Positions 55,331-64,000 of a stretch of 64,000 nt of DNA are shown here, in pieces. The notes beneath the pieces are model-generated. The model searched no databases. It was not told the origin of the DNA and worked only from the letters and a program-made list of their open reading frames with translations. A program made the position numbers and the translations under genes. Every line of letters begins with the position of its first letter. Positions within the stretch are counted from its first letter, which is position 1. The DNA comes from Octopus vulgaris (taxonomy: Eukaryota), in the NCBI GenBank assembly GCA_951406725.2, contig OX597828.1, positions 29,512,001 through 29,576,000 of the forward strand. Direction: 5' to 3'.

Positions 55331-57804
55331 TTATTTCGGATTAATGATACATAAACAAGAAACAAACATAGTTTTACTATAATGCATGATATTTTACGGT
55401 TTTGATGACAATACAGTTACGAACATCAATATGTGTATCATATATCATAGAATATTAGACATGGAATTTTGCGGTGCTCTCTAATGTTGCTGAATAAACA
55501 TGGGGAAAGTTTTTACAGACAAGGTAGAGTTGATGCCATGACATCGCTAGCGCAACATCTATTCATCGACTATACATTACTATGTATTATATATGGACTA
55601 TTTAAGGTCATGGCTGTGTTTTGAACGGCAAGGCTCACAGATGTGACAACGTCAATGACCTGGAACATATGGGTATACACTGAACAGCTTAAGGGACTGG
55701 ATGAAGTGGAAAAACGAATTAATTAGTGTAGTTTTATATTTTTTGTTTTGATTTTGACAGCCGTTGTAAAGAGACTAAAATGATAATATTAGAATTTTTT
55801 TATTCAATGAACCTCTGAAGAAGTCAAAGTGTTTGAAATATGAGAAAATTCATACCAGGTCGTCATCAGGTTTCTTATTACATGAGTGCCGAAGAAGAAA
55901 TTGTATACGAACTAAGAATATTCATTAAGTGCGAGTGCTGTATGTATCTACCCTGAAACAAAATACCCCATGATTAGCGGAGATAAAACTAATCGGAAAG
56001 TCGTGTAAATGTAAATAATACACTTTTGTGTTTTTTACTTAAAGAGAAAAAAAAGGCTTTAAAAGTTTTAATGAACTTAACTTACAATGCATTGTAAGTT
56101 AAGTGCAGTCCTTAACATTTAATACGATGCCTAAATTTGCAGAACCGAAATCTGGATATAGAATCATGTATATAATAATCTATTGAACAATTCTATCAGC
56201 AACTTTGTGCTTATATGAAGGATGATAAAATTCATTATTAATATTATTGAGAAGGAGATTAGAGTGAAGAAGGTGGTGCTACACATTAGTGGTTCCTTCG
56301 AAATGTTGGTTAGAATAACAAATACCAAGCGAGATATTCGTTTGTTAATCGAGAAATACAACTTAGCGAGGGTTCCTGCTCTGGACAGCTGTGGTAATTC
56401 TGTGATGTTCATAAACTAATGCAATGTGGCCATTATCCTCGAAGAATTCCATCATACGTACGTCTATTGTGTACATTTTAGCGTTGCTTTCCATTTCATT
56501 AAATTTCCATCTAAACCCATTCGCTTTTTGTAACACGTCTCTGCAATGTCTACTCATCTCCACCTTTGTGATAATATTAAAGAAATGGTTAATAGTGTTA
56601 TCAATAATCGACAGAAAGTGTAGAGCGACGGACGATATAAACTGTGCTATTTCCTTGCATCAAATCCAGCCAACCTGGAGATAGGTAACAACATTAGTGG
56701 CAGCCATTGCTGATTTCTTAGATGCCCAGATTTATGGGGAAGGTGAAATAGAATCGTATCGTTATTAACAATGTGATTGGCAACCTGAAATAAGGAGATT
56801 TCTGCTAGAAAGACTAGTCTACACTCTTCACATTCGATGTGAAAAATGTCTCCCTTATCAAGTTGAGTACCTTGTAATATTAACCAGTATTTCATTTTCC
56901 AGCTGAAATCAATTCTCTTCCCCAACTTTCTGCACACATCCATCTTTCATACATTATGTAGACTTTCGAGTTAGACTTACACTAATCCGATTAACAAAGA
57001 CCTTTAAAATAGCCTCTAATACGGACCCGACAGCTTAATCCACTTCAGTAACCCAAGATACACTCAGCGCATATATTGAAACAAGTCTTGAAGTACACTT
57101 TCTCAGCGCGTAAACAACACGCACTTAATACCCCATGGGTGGTTTGGTTACTTTAGTTTTTTCAAAAGCAGAAAATACTGCAGTTCTGATTTGCAACCGA
57201 TACTCCAGAAAACGAAAAAGTAAGAAAAATCTGTATTTAAGTACTGCTCATGTATCTGGTATAGAAGTTCTACATATACTTGCGTCTTAGGTGACATAGA
57301 ACAGAAGGTAATTCGACCTATTAAAAATTCCATTATCAACGTCCTAGAACCATTACCTTTCTTCTCACTGCTCCTTCCACCGAATGTACACGGCTGTTAC
57401 TCATTTCAACTTGCAAGGTGCATTCTGCATTCGTATATGTTTATCTTAGGCACTCACTTGTACTCGTCATCCATACTGTATCACCAATCCTGTTACGCAC
57501 AACTTTGATCAATAACTTCGTTTTATAAGCACTTTTTAGTTTCTTTCCTAGCCACCTTTATCTAAGCCGTGTTAATCTACAGAAGTGTAAAGTGGTCATC
57601 AACTGCGTTAATCTCATCAGTTAGGGAGAACCTGGACAAATCAGGAACATTATGCTTTTTTATGTATTTATCACCGAACTGTACAACGAAAAATCTTTAG
57701 AAAACATGTATCATGTCTTTCCATTCCGTCCCTTAATTTACAGGGCAAATATTTCCTGGGGTAAAATAAAATTTGTCGCAAACCTTCACATTTAAGGTGA
57801 AAAA

Positions 57805-57882
57805 TCCGACATCACTTGTCAAGCAGTAGTGGGCCGGGGGAGCAAACACAATGGCACGCACGCATATGTATATGTATGTATG

Positions 57883-57924
<42 letters not shown>

Positions 57925-58090
57925 TACGACAAGCTTCCACACAGTTTTCGTCCTCGAAATTTATTCACATGGCTTTGATTTAGGCTGGTGCTATAAAAGA
58001 TATTTGCTCAAGGTACTACGTAGTGACACAAAATCAGAAACCACGTGGTTGCAACACTCACTTTGCAACCACAGAGCCATACCGGCGCCT
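57805..58090 (-). mobile_element. SINE family B, diverged
   Basis: TGTCAAGCAGT, AAGCTTCCACACAGTTTTCGTC and AACCACAGAGCCATACCGGCGCC motifs. Confidence 0.7.
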
Positions 58091-58453
58091 ACATTGTAAG
58101 ATCCATTCGTTCCCCTAAAGTATTAGCGAAATAAGTGGAATCAGTTTCTATTACGAATCTAAAATAGGACGTAGTTAATTTGCCGAAAGTTTAATTACAG
58201 TAATTGGTTCAAACCTTGTGAAAATTATTCTCTCTTTTCTCTATGGCCGAACAATTAGCTATTTAATATGAAAAAATCAAGAATGCTTTTTAGACTAAAC
58301 TATTTTACCTGTATAACTTGGTAAAATGCTAAATTTAGCTTCATTTACTTGTCTCCAATTATTCCGTGCTGATCATTCTAGGATGAAATAGCACTGTACA
58401 TGGCTACAAATGACTAAAATCTTCAAGACCCTTATAATGTGTTGAAAAATATT

Positions 58454-58689
58454 TATTTCTTTACTACCCACAAGGGGCTAAACACAGAGAGGACTAACAA
58501 GGACAGAAAAACGGATTAAGTCGATTATATCGACCCCAGTGGGTAACTGGTACTTAATTTATCGACCGCGAAAGGATGAAAGGCAAAGTCAATCCCGGCG
58601 GAATTTGAACTCAGAATGTAGCGGCCGGCAGACGAAATACATCTACGCATTTCGCCGGGCGTGCTAACGTTTCTGCCAGCTCGCCGCCT
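58454..58689 (-). mobile_element. SINE family A with 18-bp target-site duplication
   Basis: Flanked by AATGTGTTGAAAAATATT at 58436-58453 and 58692-58709. Confidence 0.93.
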
Positions 58690-60481
58690 TAAATGTGTTG
58701 AAAAATATTGTTTACCGTCTTCTTTACCCTTTGATGTAATATCCAAACTTTCAAACTCACCTCATCTTGACACAACCTAGAAGGGATTGTCAACCGTATG
58801 ATAATTGACGACCAGGAGTCAGCGCGTGTTATAATGAACAGTTTTGAATGTTTCAAAAGCTTAATCCAGCTCTCAAAGACAGTAAAATTTATTTCTTGTA
58901 AATCTTGTTTTACATGAAACGCCCACTTTAAATAAATAAAGAATACAGAATCCTAGCAAATCGAATTTAGTATCGCACTAAATGAAAGAAGTGCTATTAT
59001 TTTAGAATTCGTGTTATTGAAACCTGACTGTGTGCAATATATATATATCACACTCTCTACATCAGACTGCACTCGCACATGTATACACGCTCACACATTT
59101 CTCATACACACACACACACACACACTCCCCTGTCTACACGCTGGCACACTCTGCCCTCTCATATTTTCTCACTTCTCACCCTCTATTCTCACTCTTTTGG
59201 CTTCAAAAACATCATCCGATACGTTCCACCTTTCCACCTTCATTCACCACACTGATTTTGCTTCGGCTGTTTTGCACTTAAGATTTTGCTTCTATTTTGT
59301 GTTGCTTTTCGTTCCTGACAAAAAAAAAAAAAAAACAGAAGGAAAACTCGAATTTTCCTATGTTTATTCCTCACAACATAATTATATAGATTGTACGCTT
59401 TTTCCTTTTCTCCGAATCTTTTCCAATATTCCACCACCACACCGATTAGACCAACCGGATTATGACTGGACTTATATATCATCATATACTATTATTGTTG
59501 CTGATGTATAACGAACTGGCCGAATCGTTAGAGATTCTACAATAACCAAAAATAAATATTATTTACGGTATGTGTTGCGATTCTTTACATTCTGAGTTCA
59601 ATTTCAACGCAGGTCAACTTCACCTTTCATCCGATCGGCCGATAAAATAAAATACCACTCAGATACTGGATCAATTTTTTCTCTTTGACAAATCTCTACG
59701 CCTCAAAATAGCTGTGCTTATGTCAGAACCAATTATTGGTGCTGTTGTTGTTGTCGCTTCGCCCCAGCTAGGCCTCGATAGAATAGACAGATGTGTGATC
59801 AAAGTGAATCCTTATAATGCTCATGCTGTCCCTTCTGGAATAGTGTATACCGGTCAACATTTTCGGCCTTTCTCCCGGTTTTTCGATCTGAAGTAAAATT
59901 CTGCTGAGGCCGACGCTACATTTCAACATTTCGGGTCGATAAAATAATTATCAGTTGAGCCATGAGGAGGTCGATGTAACTGTCTAAAGCTACCCTGTCC
60001 CGCCTACTAGGATTGCTGACCTTGTGCCAAAACTGGAAACCATTACCTAATCTACCCATTTGTAAGACGATAGGATCTAGGAGATTTATGCTAATTGTAG
60101 ACGATGGAGCGATCATGTAGAAACACCTTAATGATGTAAATACTAATCATGTTAATTGGTAGAATATAACAAATTTGGTTCCATTATGTCGGGGATAGAA
60201 TGTAATTGTAACGCCTTCTAATGTACGATATGTGATTAATTTAAAGATCCAGATGAGATGAAAAGTAACAGCGATCTCAGTTGAGTTTGAACTCACGATG
60301 TTAGCGGATGGAATTTATATCGAAGCGCACTTAATCCAGCAAGCACTCATTTCCTACCACAACATTGATCTCTGTGTCGTAAATAATGTGACCATTTACT
60401 CCTCCCTACTGACATATAAAGGGTGTCTTCATGTCATTTAAAATAAAAATTCAACTAGAAACCATAAGCGTATATATACAT

Positions 60482-60532
<51 letters not shown>

Positions 60533-60559
60533 TATATACATACATACATACACACACAA

Positions 60560-60592
<33 letters not shown>

Positions 60593-60601
60593 CATACATA
60601 C

Positions 60602-60633
<32 letters not shown>

Positions 60634-61577
60634 GTACACAAAATATTGATTTCTTTCTTAAGCATTCAATGTTTTGCATCATCTAATCGATTATGCGCTA
60701 GACAAGCGAGTTAATATAATGATCTAAAGTTCAGAAGCTATCAAAATAAGTCGATTCTTAGTTTCTAGTAGCCATATTCCTTATAAGCTATTATTTCCAA
60801 TGAAAACGAAACCTATTAATCTTTTATAAAAGTCAAACGTTTGCTTCAGATGCTATCGATTGATAGCTTAACAAAAGTATTGAACCGTATTGGGAAAGTT
60901 CGAAAACAACAACAAGAAACACTACCAGAATGCATTTTCTCTTTTCACACAGCATTAGTATTTCTTCATTAATTTGAGATTTTTAAAAATTTTCTTTTCT
61001 GCAGAGTTTCACAAAGGAATTAACCTAATCCGCAATGAGACTCAACATTTCCTATCTCTTTAGTAATATCATATTTTCTCGTGTACTTGTGAGAATACAA
61101 TAAATATCTTTCTTCTTTTTCCCCGCCACCCTTCTCTCCCAAGTATTTCTGACATCGGTGACAACAGACATCAGTGTTCTATGTAGAAAGTTAAGTTTTA
61201 AGTTCAATTCCCGCCCGAGGCGTTTGTCCTTCATCCTTCCGAGGGTTAAAATCAGTCAAACAGAAAATATATTAATGAAGTCAGCTACACATCCTCACCA
61301 TCCTCCCCACCCCAAAAGGTGTAGCCATGACTCCTTGCAAGAGATTGAATTAGTGTTGGACTGATGAAATTGGCAGAGCAACTTGTTATATTTAGTTATA
61401 CATCTTTCTCATGTAAATTCAGTCCTCATCCGGGACGAATTCGCTTCTCATCTTTTTTGATGCCTGTTTAAGAGTAAGATCCATTAATCCAAATTTGACA
61501 GTTTCGCAAAAATAAAGCAAAAATTAAATAAACCGGTAAAGTGCGCGGTTTGGGGCTTACGTCAGAAAACGTTACTA

Positions 61578-61938
61578 TTTACCTTTTATTTGTTTTAGTC
61601 GTTGGACTAAATGTTTGGCCATGCTGGAGCACTGACCTGAAGATTTTAGTAAAATATATCGACCCCACTGCTTATTTCTTACAAGGCTGGAACTTCCTCT
61701 GTCAGGGAGGTAAACAAATCAAAACTGTGTGTCGAGCGGTGGTAGGGACAAACACAAGTACACACACACACACGCACACACATGACGGTTTCTACTCAGT
61801 TTTCATTTACCAAATCCACTCACAAGCCTTTGGTCACGTTAAGCTATAGTAGAAGACATTTGTCCGAGGTGCCATGCAGAGGGACTGAACCGAGATACAT
61901 ATGGTTGAGAAGTAAACTTCTTACCACACAGCCACACC
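61578..61938 (-). mobile_element. SINE family B, diverged
   Basis: GGCCATGCTGGAGCAC, TACCAAATCCACTCACAAG and TTCTTACCACACAGCCAC motifs. Confidence 0.78.
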
Positions 61939-62149
61939 CATTTATTATTATTAACATTAAAAAAAATAAATAAAAAAAGAAATATTGGTTTTATTTCCAA
62001 GAATGTTTTTAAATAATAACTATGAGAACACAACTTCGATTTAACTGCTTGACATCTTTGAAAAAAAATCCGTTCGTTGTAAATAGTATAGTATGTGTGT
62101 GTGTGTGTTTGAATGTGTGTGCGCCCGCGCACATACACACACACACACG

Positions 62150-62180
<31 letters not shown>

Positions 62181-62227
62181 CACGCAGAACACACATACAT
62201 ACACTTGCATCTCCACAGATTTAGGCG

Positions 62228-62820
62228 CGCACAAAATCAAACATCCAGTCAACATCATGGTGTTTGGAGTGATCACTAGTGATGGCGACGTTATGTCTCC
62301 ATTTATCTTCCCACACAGCCTCAGACTCAACACGGAGGCTTACATCAAGTGCCTGCAGATGGTAGTGCTGTTCTGGGTGAAGAGGGTGGCTGCTGGAAGA
62401 CCTTATGTCTGGCAACAAAACTCTGCACCATGCCACATAACCAGGAGGAACCAGTCATAGCTGTCAGACAATTTATGCGACCACATCACCCTTAAGATCT
62501 GGCAACCTAATTCTCCAGACTTCAACTCCCTTGATTATTATGTGTGAGGCGCAGTTGAGCAAGAGACGAACGAAACTCCTTGTAACACCAATGATGAACT
62601 GAAGGCAAGGGTTATGGCAGCATTTCCCAACTTAAACAAGGAGATCATTCATAAGAGTTGCAGGAGATTCCGAAGTCGTCTAGAGGCCGTGGTTTATTCT
62701 TTTGTGTTTCAAGATATTTTTATGTAATTTTAGTAAATATATTTGTTAAAATGAGATGTCAGTGTTATTTACATTTTTGCGTAATTTGGACGCCAATTCA
62801 TTCATTCACTGCACACAGTA
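62228..62820 (+). mobile_element. maT (DD37D) family Tc1/mariner transposase pseudogene, 3' half
   Basis: IMVFGVITSDG, YVWQQNSAPCH and IWQPNSPDFNSLDYYV*GAVE, with 37 residues between the second (mutated D>N) and third acidic positions. In-frame stops are present. Confidence 0.88.
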
Positions 62821-62825
62821 TCTAA

Positions 62826-62881
<56 letters not shown>

Positions 62882-62899
62882 ATACTCATACATATATAC

Positions 62900-63055
62900 A
62901 TGTGTCTGTGTTCGTTGGTTTACATCCTCGCAACTTAGCAGTTTAACAACAGCGACGATAGATAATAAGTACTGCGGTCGATTTGTTCGACCAAACGTTT
63001 CAAAACGATGCCCAAAAGCACGGCCGCAGTTCAATGACTGAAACAAGTAAATGGT
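62900..63055 (+). mobile_element. SINE family B, 3' fragment
   Basis: GGTCGATTTGTTCGAC..GGCCGCAGTTCAATGACTGAAACAAGTAAA. Confidence 0.75.
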
Positions 63056-64000
63056 AAAAAATAGATATAATCTACATGACACTTTTTGGAGAAATCAATG
63101 CGAAATTTGAACCCTTTGAACAACTGCAGTGAAAAACCTTTGTTTTTTTTTTCTTGTATTGTGACAAAGCCAGATAATCCTGTAAAACTTCGCCTTCGGT
63201 AAATGGATGTTAGTCTTAATCTGCCGCAGAGTTAAAAGTAACTGCTGAGCCTTCGTGTATTTTTAGCGAAGTCCATTCTATAACTCACTTCGTTCTTTCC
63301 ATCAGTTACACAATCCGTAAAAATGGTAATGAAGATACAAATAAGTTTAGTTATTCTACCGATCTCGCTCGTGAAATCAGAATGTAATTGGACACCAACC
63401 CGGCTGAAACCGGCTCTGGCTCTTTAGTATAAATGTCTTGTTTTCATAAGTTTTGAATTCAAAATTTCCACCAAATTTTAGTCACAATTTATGTTCCTAA
63501 CACTAGCTCAATGATAACGATGTTATTTTACTAAATTCTTTCTTATATTTAAAATAATTGGAAGAAACACAGAGCATCTCAAAATAAATACTACAGTAAC
63601 GAAAGGGTTGGTGAGACAATAGGTCTGTCGTGTTAACGTGTTTATCACTCACTCCCATCCAGTTAAAAGAATATTAACTAGCTTTAGGCTACCAGAGGAA
63701 AGTTTAATGAATCCACTGTCCCCAGAGCAGCATTCACATCATAATGTTTGATAGGAGTGGAGGTTTTGTAAAGTAAACTCACGTCCAATTAGCTTTGAAT
63801 TGAGACGGTAAATACTTTTAAACATTTGATCCGGAATTTCTCTCTGTCAGAAACTTAATCCCGCTGAAAATAGTAATTATTTCCTGTTTTGGCACAAAAC
63901 CAGCAATTTTAGGGGAGAATGTTCGACTCCAGTACTTGACTGGTACTTAGTTGCCGTTTGGTAATTTTTGACTCATCCTCTTGATGCGGAGATGATTTTT

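Noticed and set aside
56363-56563. Protein kinase-like words FEDNGHIALVYE
   Set aside because: No VAIK, HRD or DFG motifs nearby and the frame is broken. Not supportable as a kinase gene.

Overview
Eukaryotic, AT-rich, repeat-dominated DNA. It is most likely an octopus or other coleoid cephalopod genome, inferred from the very dense (TA)n/(CA)n/(TATC)n/(TATG)n microsatellites and several tRNA-derived SINE families. Nearly all ORFs in the supplied track are microsatellite or SINE artefacts. There is one convincing protein-coding gene (45070-47091, +). It is an uninterrupted ORF with a ~300-aa polyglutamine-rich N-terminus, followed by a degenerate RING, degenerate B-boxes and a coiled coil (TRIM/RBCC-like). 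It sits in a ~15 kb stretch with no recognisable SINEs. The rest is mobile DNA: a CR1-type LINE 3' end, a Penelope-like element (RT + GIY-YIG) interrupted by a mariner, a pogo/Tc2-like MITE nested in a SINE, a maT (DD37D) transposase relic, a Helitron-like end and many SINEs. There is a 100-N gap at 28286-28385. The most notable observations are: (1) a tRNA-headed short element carrying a minimal hammerhead ribozyme, inserted as a head-to-head palindrome between 12-bp direct repeats (21684-22215), with related hammerhead-like and fold-back repeats elsewhere; (2) the polyQ pseudo-RING gene; (3) a pre-miRNA-like hairpin at 16598-16680; (4) a SINE and LINE sharing a 3' tail. All calls were made by eye, with no database searches or folding programs, and repeat boundaries are approximate.
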